Assembly: GCA_963787125.1 (NCBI GenBank) | Contig: CAWBBV010000007.1 | Span: forward strand, 512,001 to 576,000 | Direction: 5' to 3' | From: an uncultured delta proteobacterium | GTDB lineage: Bacteria; Desulfobacterota; Desulfuromonadia; Geobacterales; DSM-12255 | DNA: 64,000 nt | Part shown: positions 11,097 through 24,788 of the stretch, one piece after another | Layout: every line of letters starts with the position of its first letter | How positions within the stretch are numbered: position 1 is the stretch's first letter | Notes under the pieces: model-generated | Database searches by the model: none | The model's input: only the letters and a program-made list of their open reading frames with translations | Told to the model about the DNA's origin: nothing | Position numbers and translations under genes: made by a program

Positions 11097-11136
11097 AATT
11101 ACCTCCTGTTTGGTAGTGGTGCTCTACGGCGCCCTG

Positions 11137-12580
11137 CTAAAACATCCGCTTTCTCTCTGATGAAGAGCCTAACCGCAGCATCTCCCGGTATTTTGTCACA
11201 GTTCTTCTCGCAATATTAATATTCCCCGCCGCCAGCATCTCAGCGAGGGTCTGATCGCTGAGCGGTTTTCGTGGATCTTCAGCCTCTATCAATTCTTTTA
11301 TCTTTCTCTTTACGCTTTCGGAGGCAATAAAGTCGCCGCCGGTAATTGATATGGCGCTGTTGAAGAAGTATTTCATCTCGAAGATGCCTTGCGGCGTATG
11401 CATGTATTTACTGGTGGTTACCCGGCTTATAGTTGACTCATGCATGCCGATGTCTTCGGCAACATCTCTTAACACAAGCGGCCTGAGATACTCTATCCCT
11501 TTTTCAAAAAACTCCCGCTGGAATTTGACAATACTTTTTGCCGCCTTGAAAATAGTCCGCTGACGTTGATGAATGCTTTTTATCAAGCCAGAGCGCAGAA
11601 CGCATCTTGTCACTTACATATTCCCCTGTGCCGGAATCCATCTCCTTCACCCTGGCATCAGAGTAATACGGGTTTATCCGGAGCATGGGAAGGCCCTCTT
11701 CGTTAAGGGTAACCACATAATCATCGCCGACCTTATAGACAAAAATATCAGGCGAAATGTACTGTACGTCGTCATGGGCGAAAATATGTCCCGGCTTGGG
11801 GTCGAGACCCGCTATCAGCTTGGCGGCATTGAGGATGTCCTGAACGCTCACGCCCAGTGCGCGTGATATCTGTTTGTAGCGTCGTGTTTCAAGGTCCTTG
11901 AGATGATCTCTCAGGATAAACTCCACTACACTGCCCTGCATGCCGAACTGTTGAACCTGAATCAGGAGGCATTCCCGCAAATCTCTTGCAGCGACACCGG
12001 GTGGATCAAAATCCTGAATCTTCTTTAGTGCAGATTCCGCTACCTCTTCCGGGACATCACACAGTCTGGCAACATCTTCAATAGTGCTTCTGAGGTAGCC
12101 GTCATCGTCGATGTTGCCGATGATCTCAGTGCTCACTTTTATTTCGTTTTCCTCAAATTTAGAGAGGTTAAGCTGCCACATGAGGTGATCAACAAGGGTA
12201 CCTTTCTTGGTCAGAAGGTTTTCAAAGGAAGGCCGATCCTCATCATCGCTATACTGTTCTCCTGAGCTGTAATTATAGCCATCAATGTAACTGTCCCAGT
12301 CCATTTCCCGGATGGTCTCACTGCCGGCTGTAACTTCCTTGAAACGTTCACTTTCTTCAAGAGGGGCAGGTTCACGTTCCTGGATTTCAACTTGCTCAAG
12401 TTCTTTTATGCTCTCCTGTTCAAGTGTCTCATCAAGGATCGGATTTTCTTCCAACTCCTGGCTGACAAGGTCCTGAAGCTCAAGACGCGAAAGCTGAAGC
12501 AGTTTTATAGCCTGCTGCAGCTGGGGAGTCATCACCAGCTGCTGGGTCAGCTTCATCTGTTGGCGCATCTCAAGTGCCAT
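11137..12580 (-). pseudogene. rpoN: RNA polymerase sigma-54 factor, split by a +1 indel near 11585 (probably an assembly error)
   Basis: N-part (QQLVMTPQLQQAIKLLQ) in 11504..12580; C-part (HESTISR, ARRTVTKYR RpoN box) in 11137..11613; junction reads tgg-cTtg-ata-aaa-agc. Confidence 0.93.
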
Positions 12581-12617
12581 CTAATGTTCCTCGAAAAGCT
12601 TAAATCCCTATCAGGGA

Positions 12618-13361
12618 TCAGAGTTGGAATTTATCGCCGAGATAGATCTCGCGTGCCTTCTTACTGTTTGCTATCTGTTCAGGAGTGCCACATTCAAGCA
12701 GTTCTCCAGCGTTTACAATGTACGCTTTGTCGCAGACCCCTAATGTTTCGCGGACATTATGGTCAGAGATAAGTATACCAATGTTTTTCGCCTTTAGTTC
12801 GGCAATAATATTCTGGATGTCAATTACTGCTATCGGATCGATACCGGCAAAAGGTTCGTCAAGCAGAATGAATTTAGGCCTTGTGGCAAGAGCTCTGGCA
12901 ATTTCAACACGGCGGCGTTCACCACCTGAGAGAGCATAGCCCTTACTTTTTGAAATATGCGTAATTCTGAACTCATTTAACAGCTCTTCAGCTCTCTGTT
13001 TGCGCAGCAGTTTGGAAGGCTCGACAGTTTCAAGGATTGCCAGTAAGTTGTCTTCAACCGTCAATCGCCTGAATACCGACGGTTCCTGTGGCAGGTAGCT
13101 CAATCCTTGTCTGGCGCGCATATAAACCGGCAGTTTTGTTAACGACTTGCCGCTCATCATGATTTCGCCGCTGTCCGGTCGACAAAGTCCAACCATCATG
13201 TAGAAAGTGGTTGTTTTGCCGGCGCCGTTCGGACCCAGTAACCCGGCAACCTCACCGGCAGCAAGGTCTATGTCGATACCCTTTACAACGGTTCTTTCGC
13301 CAAAGGATTTTTTAAGACCCCTTGCAGTAAGGGTGTCAAGGTTTCGTGGGCTTTCCATCAC
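12618..13361 (-). CDS. lptB: LPS export ABC ATPase
   Basis: [34 protein letters not shown]. Confidence 0.97.
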   Translation of the reverse strand: MMESPRNLDTLTARGLKKSFGERTVVKGIDIDLAAGEVAGLLGPNGAGKTTTFYMMVGLCRPDSGEIMMSGKSLTKLPVYMRARQGLSYLPQEPSVFRRLTVEDNLLAILETVEPSKLLRKQRAEELLNEFRITHISKSKGYALSGGERRRVEIARALATRPKFILLDEPFAGIDPIAVIDIQNIIAELKAKNIGILISDHNVRETLGVCDKAYIVNAGELLECGTPEQIANSKKAREIYLGDKFQL

Positions 13362-13848
13362 TACCTTTCACATTCGGATGAATAATAGCTTCAACTCTGC
13401 TGTCCGTGCCTGAAGTAACTTCGCTTTTGTCCTGATCAAGGTAGTAAGTGATTACTTTGCCGGAGATTGTGTCGCTATCCTGAAAAACCTTAGGATTGCC
13501 GTCAAGGATTATTAACGCTTTTTTGGCGTCATATACTCCATGATCAGCCTGAGCGCGGCGCTTTCCCTGAGTTATTGTAACGTTGCCTGAAACTTCGGCG
13601 GTACTTATTCCACCTTCGTCATCGGAGTAGCTTATAACAAGCTTATCCGAATAAATAGTCAGATCTCCTTGTCTGGCGATAACTTTGCCGGTAAAGGTGG
13701 CAATTTTAAGGTTGTTGTCTGTAACGAGCTGGTCTGATTTGACCTTGATCGGTTCATTACTGCGCGATGCCGGGAGCTTCCCCTGAGCATAAAGCATGGC
13801 TGAAAACGAGAAGAAAATTGTCATGAACAGCAATAACTTCTTGATCAT
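13336..13848 (-). CDS. lptA: LPS transport periplasmic protein
   Basis: Signal peptide, OstA-like beta-jellyroll, position between lptC and lptB. Confidence 0.9.
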   Translation of the reverse strand: MIKKLLLFMTIFFSFSAMLYAQGKLPASRSNEPIKVKSDQLVTDNNLKIATFTGKVIARQGDLTIYSDKLVISYSDDEGGISTAEVSGNVTITQGKRRAQADHGVYDAKKALIILDGNPKVFQDSDTISGKVITYYLDQDKSEVTSGTDSRVEAIIHPNVKGSDGKPTKP

Positions 13849-14423
13849 TTTTTCCTCTTGCCCGGGAAGACGGTTGCTTCAACCTGGTTTCTGACAACTG
13901 CCTGTTGCCTGTCAACGTATAAATCCATGCCGACACCGTCAACCGTTAACCCTGCATCCGTCAGCCTTATTTTGTCTTTTGTACTGAACGTCTGGCTTTT
14001 TGAATCATAATTTATTCGTGGCGTCTCGAAAGTCATACCGTCAGCGGTTTTAGCAATAACATTGCCGTCCAGTTGAATGCTTTTTGCAGTGTGCTGGTAG
14101 TCCCCTTGCTTTGCAGTTACCGTCACAGGACCATTTTTCTTGTCACGCTCGACGACAAAACGGACGTCTTCAAGCGAGGTAGTCTCTTTTGGCTTGTCAT
14201 AACTGCCTTTTTGCGCAAAAAGCTCCCACTTTTTCTCGTTCTGATGATTCTCGGAGAAATGGATCGTCTTCATGGAAATATCTGTTGAGAGAGAGCTTGA
14301 TAAAGTTTTTCGCTCTTTTCTGGCACTGTCGATGAAATAACGGATAACCATCGTCAGAGTTGCGACCGCGGCAACAAGAATCACAAGTCCAAGGATGCGC
14401 CTGAAGTAGGTTGTTTTTGACAT
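13845..14423 (-). CDS. lptC: LPS export protein LptC
   Basis: N-terminal TM anchor, 'KKWELFA', beta-rich; synteny. Confidence 0.85.
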   Translation of the reverse strand: MSKTTYFRRILGLVILVAAVATLTMVIRYFIDSARKERKTLSSSLSTDISMKTIHFSENHQNEKKWELFAQKGSYDKPKETTSLEDVRFVVERDKKNGPVTVTAKQGDYQHTAKSIQLDGNVIAKTADGMTFETPRINYDSKSQTFSTKDKIRLTDAGLTVDGVGMDLYVDRQQAVVRNQVEATVFPGKRKK

Positions 14424-14515
14424 AAGAAGGGCAAACTATAGCATTTTAAGAAAAGCCAGTAAAGCGCTTTATGCTAAAATGTGGGTGACTTGGCACAAAG
14501 ATTGTATCGACATAT

Positions 14516-14549
14516 AAAAAAGCGGTAACGACTTAAAGACGTTACCGCT
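14516..14549 (-). terminator. Intrinsic terminator downstream of kdsC
   Basis: agcggtaacg / cgttaccgct stem with A-run (U tail on minus strand). Confidence 0.7.
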
Positions 14550-14582
14550 GTGGGTTAAAAATATCCGTACAGAAAAACTACT

Positions 14583-15095
14583 TCAGTAATAGCGAGCGGT
14601 CAGCTCTTCCCATCTCCCTTGTGATTTGAGGAGAAGATCAGAAATTTCCCGAACGGCCCCCCAGCCGCCACGGTTTTTTGTGACAAGATGAACAAACGGG
14701 AAAACTTCTGCAATTGCATCTGCTGGCGCAGCAGCAAAACCAACCCTTCGCAATACCGGAATGTCGATCAGGTCATCACCGATAAATGCGACCTCGTCGT
14801 CAGCTAAACCGGTGTCAGCAAGGATTGTGAGGTAAGGAACAAGCTTGTCCAGGGCTTTTAGAAATACCCGCTCTATGCCGAGTTCAGCCGCTCTGTTAGC
14901 GACAACCTGTGACTGCCGGCCGGAAATAATGCCGACCTCAATTCCTGCTCGCTGCAGCATTTTGATGCCGTGACCATCTTTTACATTGAAAAACTTGCTT
15001 TCAATTCCGTTTGAATCGAAAATTATTCTGCCGTCGGTCATGACACCGTCAACATCAAGCAGCAACATTTTAATCTTTTTCAGGCGATCAATCAT
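14583..15095 (-). CDS. kdsC: KDO 8-phosphate phosphatase
   Basis: LDVDGVMTDG, FIGDDLID, GGWGAVRE. Confidence 0.95.
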   Translation of the reverse strand: MIDRLKKIKMLLLDVDGVMTDGRIIFDSNGIESKFFNVKDGHGIKMLQRAGIEVGIISGRQSQVVANRAAELGIERVFLKALDKLVPYLTILADTGLADDEVAFIGDDLIDIPVLRRVGFAAAPADAIAEVFPFVHLVTKNRGGWGAVREISDLLLKSQGRWEELTARYY

Positions 15096-16056
15096 CAGGC
15101 TATCCCGGCTTTAAGCAGGTCGTGAAGGTGGAGGATCCCGACCGGTATTTTGGAGTCATCGTCAGCGAAAACAAACAGGGAGGTTATAGAATACTGCTCC
15201 ATTTTCTGCAGACCCTTTGCCGCCAGTTCATTACGAAGTATCCGCTTGGGATTGCATTTCATTAATTCGTCTGCCGGTCGGCCGAGGAAGTCAACCCCCT
15301 TTTCCAGTGCACGGCGGAGATCTCCATCAGTAATAACTCCAGCAAGAGATCCGTCAGTATTGAGAACTCCTGTGCAGCCGAGTCCTTTTGAAGTGATCTC
15401 GAAAATGACCTGTTTCATGAGCATTCCGGCTTCAACCAGTGGTATTTCTGAGCCGGAGTGCATCATGTCGTTGACAGAAAGGAGCAGTTTCTTGCCCAGT
15501 GCTCCACCTGGGTGGAAGAGTGCAAAATCTTCAGCCTTGAAGCCCCGCTCTACCAGAAGTGCGACCGCAAGTGCATCACCCATTGCCAGAGTGGCAGTTG
15601 TTGAGGCTGTAGGTGCAAGTCCGAGAGGGCAGGCTTCTTCCTTTATCGCTATATTCAGATGGATATCGCCGGCTTTTGCCAGGGTCGATGCAGGTTTGCC
15701 GGTCATGGAGATTAGCTCTGCGCCTATTCGCTTAACAATCGGCAGGATGCGCAGGACTTCTTCGGTTTCGCCGCTATTGGAAATGGCTATAACCACGTCA
15801 CCTCTAATGATCATGCCGAGATCACCATGGAGCGCTTCGCCCGGATGAAGGAAGAATGCCGGCGTGCCGGTAGACGCCATTGTGGAAGCGATCTTTTGCC
15901 CGATCAGTCCGGATTTTCCCATGCCGGTAACGATGACTCTCCCCTTTGATGCCATTATCATCCGGACAGCTTTCTCAAAGCTGCTGTCAACTGAGTCTGC
16001 CAGGGCGAGCAGAGCGGCGGCTTCAATCCGGATAACTTTCCTTGCCTCTTCAATAA

Positions 16057-16060
<4 letters not shown>
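15095..16060 (-). CDS. kdsD: Arabinose 5-phosphate isomerase (KpsF/GutQ)
   Basis: GMGKSG, HGDLG, HPGGALG, CBS pair. Confidence 0.95.
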
Positions 16061-19277
<3,217 letters not shown>

Positions 19278-19341
19278 GGGATATAAGGACCGTTGCTGTA
19301 GTTTGTGGAGTTATAGTCCCTTCTTTACGGCGGGACATACA

Positions 19342-19370
19342 ACGCTACATCAAAAGGGTGGAGGTGTCAA
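19342..19370 (-). promoter_or_regulatory. Sigma70-type promoter for kdsB-pyrG-kdsADC
   Basis: Minus strand TTGACA-17 nt-TAGCGT. Confidence 0.55.
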
Positions 19371-19448
19371 GCGGGGGATGAATATGCGGGGATGAATATG
19401 TGACTATGTTGATAGTCATGACAAGATGGTATTTAATCTCTGCGGGTA

Positions 19449-19529
19449 CAATTCCCCACAGCTTGCTGCGATAAGAGCATCAAAATACTTGTTCAGATAC
19501 CTCGCTGCTTGCGGCGAGGTGATTCATTT
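19449..19529. repeat. Short element with two GC hairpin ends, resembling an IS200/IS605-derived MITE
   Basis: ccccacagcttgctgcg ... tacctcgctgcttgcggcgaggtgattcattt; two related GC-TT-GC hairpins about 45 bp apart. Confidence 0.55.
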
Positions 19530-19530
19530 G

Positions 19531-21111
19531 CTATTGAACTTTACTATTTGCAAGAGGCTTAAGTCCCATAATGTCAGGTTCAGGTGATCGCAAGGCCATC
19601 CTGTAATAGTCAGTAGCCATATTTTTATCTCCTGTGCTCTCATAAGCGCTCCCCAAGTAATAGAGTGCTTCTATGAAATTGGGATCTCTTGTTAGTGCAC
19701 GTTTAAAACAGTTAATAGCACCACTAAAATCTTGTCTGACAAAATATAAATATCCCGTATAAAAATCATATTCCGGGCTGCTATAATTAAGTCGTCTGGC
19801 CGTGTCCAGATGGTCAAATGCTTGAGCGAACTTGCCTTCAAGAAAGTAAATTCTGCCAACATGAACATTAGCATTTGTTGACCCAGGAGAAATTCTAACC
19901 GTATTTTCCCACAAAGTTTTGTTCGATTCCCATACCAGATTGCGATTCATACTCAAACCGCTCCACAGGAGCACTATTCCCAAGTAAACAACCATTCTGG
20001 TTTTTGAATTATTGATACTCAGAATGAAACTGGCAAGGAGACAACAAAAGGCTAACGAGGGCAGATAGGCGTATCTATCCGCTACAACGGGGTGCGTAGA
20101 AAAAATATTCAAAACCGGGATAAGCGTCACAAAGTACCAGCTTACCCAGAATGAAACCAGAGGGGTATTTCTTTTGCAGCGTACGGCAAGATATATGGTC
20201 ACAACTACAAGTAGGAGACCGCCCAATGCCTTTATGCTCAATATGGATTCGGTAAATCGGGTGTCGTATTCAACGGATAATTCAATCGGGATAACTAGCT
20301 TGTTCAGATAAAACCAGGGGATTTGGGATGCAACAGCTATTTTCGACAATACAAAATCGATATCTATTTTAGTCGGAAGGCTTGGAATAATGTGACTTTG
20401 TTGCGCAATGAATTTATGAAAGAAAAATGCCGCAATTGACACCAAACCATATGGAATCGCATAAACTATGGCTTTGATTTTATCATGTTTGTAACGCTGT
20501 ATATTTAACAGCAGGACAATAAATGGCAAGGTTATGCTGGTGACTTTTGAGAAAATGGAGATTACAAAACTGAGAAAGCCGACAACAAAGTAAATTTTAC
20601 GTTTCGAGCTTTTACTATCGAGAAACAAGATGTTGACGTAACAAGAAACCATGAAAAAAAGCGTTGAAAGTAATGCATTTCTGCAGGTGATGAAGCTTAC
20701 TACTTCGCTATGAAGAGGGTGGACGGCAAACATTGTTGCTGCCAATAGGGCCAATAGCTCTGAACTATTAATTTTCGTTGCCTGATCGACACAGTAAAAC
20801 ACCAGTAGTCTGCGAACAAACGCATATACAATTAATACAGTAACAGCAAACAGCACTACGTTCGTTATATGAAATCCCATGGCACTGTTGCCCCACAAGG
20901 TATAATCCAAAGCATAAGACATATCCCGTATTGGGAGGTATTCAACACCATTTGCTAACGACAGCCATATACGATCCAATTTAAAGTCAATGTAGGTATT
21001 ATTGTTAACCAAAAAAAGGAAGTCGTCCCACACAAAACCATTATAAATTGTATTGCCGAATACAGAACAGACTATGACCAGCAGGAGTAAATAGTAATAT
21101 GTTTTATTCAT
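19531..21111 (-). CDS. TMTC-like GT-C membrane glycosyltransferase with C-terminal TPRs
   Basis: NGFVWDD, FAVHPLHSEVVSFITCR, SK, VADRYAYLP, many TM helices, TPR tail; start at MNKTYY after AGGTGG. Confidence 0.8.
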   Translation of the reverse strand: MNKTYYYLLLLVIVCSVFGNTIYNGFVWDDFLFLVNNNTYIDFKLDRIWLSLANGVEYLPIRDMSYALDYTLWGNSAMGFHITNVVLFAVTVLIVYAFVRRLLVFYCVDQATKINSSELLALLAATMFAVHPLHSEVVSFITCRNALLSTLFFMVSCYVNILFLDSKSSKRKIYFVVGFLSFVISIFSKVTSITLPFIVLLLNIQRYKHDKIKAIVYAIPYGLVSIAAFFFHKFIAQQSHIIPSLPTKIDIDFVLSKIAVASQIPWFYLNKLVIPIELSVEYDTRFTESILSIKALGGLLLVVVTIYLAVRCKRNTPLVSFWVSWYFVTLIPVLNIFSTHPVVADRYAYLPSLAFCCLLASFILSINNSKTRMVVYLGIVLLWSGLSMNRNLVWESNKTLWENTVRISPGSTNANVHVGRIYFLEGKFAQAFDHLDTARRLNYSSPEYDFYTGYLYFVRQDFSGAINCFKRALTRDPNFIEALYYLGSAYESTGDKNMATDYYRMALRSPEPDIMGLKPLANSKVQ

Positions 21112-21261
21112 GAGTCGATTCCACCTACTGGTAAGAGCATAATAATCACACCCAAATTTCATTTGTATGATTTCATTTCGAGTGAAGTTGCTGCGAAGAA
21201 TAATGCACAAAGAAGTGCTAGGTCAATTCAAAAACCTCGTTGGAACTTAACCTCAATTGCA

Positions 21262-21299
21262 AGTAAAGTGCGGTAGAACTCTTCTACCGGACTTTACTT
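21262..21299 (-). terminator. Hairpin downstream of the collagen/beta-helix gene
   Basis: aagtaaagt(gc)ggtagaa-ctc-ttctacc(gg)actttactt. Confidence 0.5.
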
Positions 21300-21362
21300 T
21301 GTCAATCAAAGGAAGAGTGGTTCGCCCATTTTGACGGGTCATTGAGCGCTAGTTGCGCAATA

Positions 21363-22592
21363 TTAAAGTGGTTTTGGGAGCCCGTCAGAACCAACATTAA
21401 AACTACCTACTGCCCCAGGGCAGTTGATGGTATCAAAAACATTGAATGTTATGAGAGGGTTAACTGGAGCGCCCGCCGGGAAACGGTAAATATCCGTAAT
21501 ATTCCCTGTAATGACGTTTGATGTTATTGTCCCTCCTCCTCCCTCGTACATATTTAATCCAGTTCTAAAACCAGTGACAATGTTTGCCTGCACTATGCAT
21601 TCACGAGAAAAATTATAGAGACTCATTCCAATCCCTTCTCCATTTTTAGTGAGAGTATTACCAAAAATTCTAGTCCTCGCAGACAGGGCGCTATTAATTC
21701 CGTAGCCACCTGCTTGAGAAATAATATTATTAAGGATTTTAGTGTCACTATTTGCTTCCTCATATATACCGGTATAAAAATTAGACACAGAATTGTTAGT
21801 TATCGTGACTAAAGTGCTGTTCAGAGCAGTAATAGCGGTTCCATTTCCGCTATTAGTAGCTGAAATGAATGCATTGTCTCTAATGTCTATATTGTCGCAG
21901 TAGCTAAACCCAATCGCGGTTCCAGTATTAAAATCAGATGAAAAGGTGATGCCTGAAGCAGTAATGTGATTAGCAGAATATCCATTTAAAACACCTGCCG
22001 ACGTTGGAGCAACTATCTTTACTGTTTCCTTGCTGGAACCTTGAAAATGAATGTATCCCTTGTATGCGATTGAAATAGCTTCAACATATGTCCCCGGCAT
22101 TATTTTGATCAATACGGGATTGTTTGCTGTAGGATTAACGGAGTTAACTGCACTTTGAATTGATGAGAAATCACCGCCGCTATTAGCTACAACTACCACA
22201 TTTGAATACTGCGGCATCGTTCCAGAAGGACCTTGCGGACCGGTTAATCCAGTATCACCTTTTACACCCTGTAATCCTTGAGTGCCTGCAACCCCCTGTG
22301 GACCAGCAGTACCTACACTGCATACCCAAGCACTTCCGTTGTATTGCAAGTATTGCCCACTCGGACAAACCATTCCTAGTTTAGCCGCTGTTACCGCCCC
22401 ATCCTGAATGTGCCCGGTTTTGACACCACTTCCAGTTGTCAGGCTTTGTCCGGTTGTACCGTCAGCAGGTTTAATGCTGGTTGAAATAACCGAGTTTGCC
22501 GCTGCTGTTGCGCCAAACCCCTGCACAGGCAATGCACACATTGCTGCCACAGTTAGCCACATTGCTACTCTACTTCTCATTCCAATTTTCAT
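21363..22592 (-). CDS. Secreted protein: collagen-like GXY stretch plus right-handed parallel beta-helix (pectin-lyase-like fold)
   Basis: Signal peptide; GPQGVAGTQGLQGVKGDTGLTGPQGPSG; 'GGDFSSIQSAVN', 'IMPGTYVE', Asn-rich repeats; AGGGAGG RBS before ATG 22592. Confidence 0.75.
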   Translation of the reverse strand: MKIGMRSRVAMWLTVAAMCALPVQGFGATAAANSVISTSIKPADGTTGQSLTTGSGVKTGHIQDGAVTAAKLGMVCPSGQYLQYNGSAWVCSVGTAGPQGVAGTQGLQGVKGDTGLTGPQGPSGTMPQYSNVVVVANSGGDFSSIQSAVNSVNPTANNPVLIKIMPGTYVEAISIAYKGYIHFQGSSKETVKIVAPTSAGVLNGYSANHITASGITFSSDFNTGTAIGFSYCDNIDIRDNAFISATNSGNGTAITALNSTLVTITNNSVSNFYTGIYEEANSDTKILNNIISQAGGYGINSALSARTRIFGNTLTKNGEGIGMSLYNFSRECIVQANIVTGFRTGLNMYEGGGGTITSNVITGNITDIYRFPAGAPVNPLITFNVFDTINCPGAVGSFNVGSDGLPKPL

Positions 22593-23037
22593 CTTTCCCT
22601 CCCTTATTAAAATAGTGCGGTTCAATGACCGCACATTGCATACAATGTATGTAAAAGCCTGTTGAAAGGCTTTCACAGCCGTATAGATATTCATATGTTC
22701 TTGTTAATTAGCCTCATAATATTAAAGCGGCTAAGGTATACCATTTTTTTTTTTTCATGGTCAAGCACTTTTAATATGTTTTTAACAAACGATTGCCATG
22801 CTGCTTGTGAGGCGCTGTAATGTTCGTATTAGTTCGTTTGAACTTCCGTAAAAATTAGGTTTTTAGTTGTCTTTCTTGAGAACGATGCATTTGGTGGGCA
22901 TTAGGAGTTGTATCCTTGGGGGTGCTGATACTTTGTTTCGTAAGCGCAGAGCTATTTTTACAATTCTATTACAAATGAAAAGCTGTTTGGTTTGCTATGA
23001 TGACTGAAACTAATTAAAAGCTGTTGGAGGTTTTTGC

Positions 23038-24108
23038 ATGATTAAGCCGTTGAAAATAGGCAAGTATACTGTCAGATACCCGCTGATCCAGGGGGGCATG
23101 GGTGTGCGTATCTCTGGCGGTTCTCTTGCCGGTCACGTGGCAAAATGCGGTGGCGTTGGCCTTGTGGCCGCACCCGGAATTGCCTTGAACAGCGAACTTT
23201 TTAATGGCCGCAACTATTTTCAAGCTCAAACGGAAGCTTTCAAGGCTGAATTGAGAAAAGCTTATGAAATCGCACCTGATGGAATAATCGGTGTCAACGT
23301 TATGGTGGCGCTCTCGGATTTTGAAAAGCTTGTCGCTGCAGCGATAGAGGGTGGGGCAAAAGTGATTGTCTGTGGGGCAGGGCTGCCTTTGACGCTCCCG
23401 GGGCTTACCGCCCATGCACCGGATGTAGCTCTTGTGCCGATTGTTTCGTCCCTGCGCGCTGCACAACTGATCGTCCGCAAGTGGGATAAAGGTTTTCATC
23501 GTCTCCCGGATGCAATTGTGGTTGAAGATCCTGATACTGCCGGCGGTCACCTTGGCGAGAAGCTGGAGCGTATCGGCAACGGTGAGTATGATCAATACCG
23601 CACCGTCAGGGATATCAAGGAATACCTGAAAACAGAGTTTCCTGAAGCAGTAATTCCAGTTATCGCTGCAGGTGGTATCTGGGACAGAGCTGATCTCTTG
23701 CATGCTCTTGAGCAGGGGGCTGACGGAGTGCAGATGGCGAGCCGTTTTGTGCCGACTGTCGAGTGTGACGCTGCTGATGGCTTTAAACAGGCATATCTTG
23801 ACTGTCGCCAAGAGGATATCGGCCTGATCATGAGTCCGGCAGGGCTTCCCGGCCGCGCCATTCTCAAAAACCAGGAGCAGATCCGCCAGTATGATGTTGA
23901 TCACAGTACCGGCTGTCGCATGGGCTGCTTGAAAAAATGCTCCTACAAGGAGTCTGGGGAGCGATTCTGCATCATCTCCTCACTGGATCGGGCGCAACGT
24001 GGCGATATTGACTCAGGACTTGTTTTTTGCGGGACCAATGCCTGGAAGGCTGACAGGATTTCGACGGTACAGGAGATATTTGATGAACTCTTTCCCGGTG
24101 AAAGTTAA
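23038..24108 (+). CDS. Nitronate monooxygenase / 2-nitropropane dioxygenase family flavoprotein
   Basis: PLIQGGMG, AGGHLG, IAAGGIW, GADGVQMASRF, Cys-rich C-terminus. Confidence 0.9.
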   Translation: MIKPLKIGKYTVRYPLIQGGMGVRISGGSLAGHVAKCGGVGLVAAPGIALNSELFNGRNYFQAQTEAFKAELRKAYEIAPDGIIGVNVMVALSDFEKLVAAAIEGGAKVIVCGAGLPLTLPGLTAHAPDVALVPIVSSLRAAQLIVRKWDKGFHRLPDAIVVEDPDTAGGHLGEKLERIGNGEYDQYRTVRDIKEYLKTEFPEAVIPVIAAGGIWDRADLLHALEQGADGVQMASRFVPTVECDAADGFKQAYLDCRQEDIGLIMSPAGLPGRAILKNQEQIRQYDVDHSTGCRMGCLKKCSYKESGERFCIISSLDRAQRGDIDSGLVFCGTNAWKADRISTVQEIFDELFPGES

Positions 24109-24136
24109 CCGATTGAAGGCGGAGAAGTGTGAATGC

Positions 24137-24173
24137 AAAGAGCCGGTCAGGATTCCTGACCGGCTCTTTTTTT
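24137..24173 (+). terminator. Intrinsic terminator (copy 1 of a near-identical pair)
   Basis: aaagagccggtcagg-att-cctgaccggctcttt followed by T run. Confidence 0.85.
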
Positions 24174-24357
24174 GCTGTGTGCAACTGGGGAGAGTATGAA
24201 GCGTGCAAACGCGCAGGATAATGCTTTTGGGGCTACAATTTTCGGATCACGTTTTCGTCGTTGATTGACAAAAGGAAGAGAACTGTTACGCTGTCAGAAA
24301 TATTAATAATGAATATGATTTCAGCCAGACCACGATAGGCGCGATGAAGGAGCATCT

Positions 24358-24777
24358 ATGGTAAATGAAGACAGACGAAAATTTCTCGGTGTTTGTCTGG
24401 GGGGACTTGCCGCCACGACCGCAGTGGCCGTAGGCTATCCCGTCTATCGCTATCTGGCGCCGCTGCAGAAAGAGAATTCGACCGGGAAAGTTGTTATCCC
24501 GGAACAGGATCTCCCTCCAGGCGGAGCAAAATTTTTTGAATATGCCGGTTCGACAGCGGTGATGGTGCGGAAACCGGGAGGCGATCTGGTGGCTCTTTCC
24601 GCTGTCTGTACCCATCTAGGCTGCATTGTCCAGTGGGAAAAGGAGAAACAGGATTTTATCTGCCCCTGCCACGCCGGTCACTACAGTTCTGAAGGGGCTG
24701 TCATCTCCGGTCCTCCCCCCAAGCCACTGGCCAAGCTCCCCTTTGTCGTCGCCAATGGCGTCATAACCGTAGGCTGA
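24358..24777 (+). CDS. Rieske 2Fe-2S subunit of a cytochrome bc complex
   Basis: Tat-like RRKFL, CTHLGC, CPCHAGHY, GPPP. Confidence 0.95.
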   Translation: MVNEDRRKFLGVCLGGLAATTAVAVGYPVYRYLAPLQKENSTGKVVIPEQDLPPGGAKFFEYAGSTAVMVRKPGGDLVALSAVCTHLGCIVQWEKEKQDFICPCHAGHYSSEGAVISGPPPKPLAKLPFVVANGVITVG

Positions 24778-24788
24778 AGGGAGGCTGC

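Noticed and set aside
11575..11595. Programmed frameshifting in rpoN
   Set aside because: Homology places the shift at a single extra T rather than a clear slippery site with stimulator; a second indel in the window points to assembly error
14490..14508. Sigma54-like TGGCAC-N5-TTGTA
   Set aside because: Imperfect -12 element and oriented opposite to the flanking genes
22744..22755. T12 tract upstream of the collagen/beta-helix gene as a phase-variation switch
   Set aside because: Plausible but untestable from one sequence; homopolymer length is unreliable in this assembly
23014..23904. 296-aa minus-strand ORF, and similar long antisense ORFs (32011..33054, 43627..44463, 59961..60689)
   Set aside because: Each overlaps a well-supported gene on the other strand and has no recognisable domains
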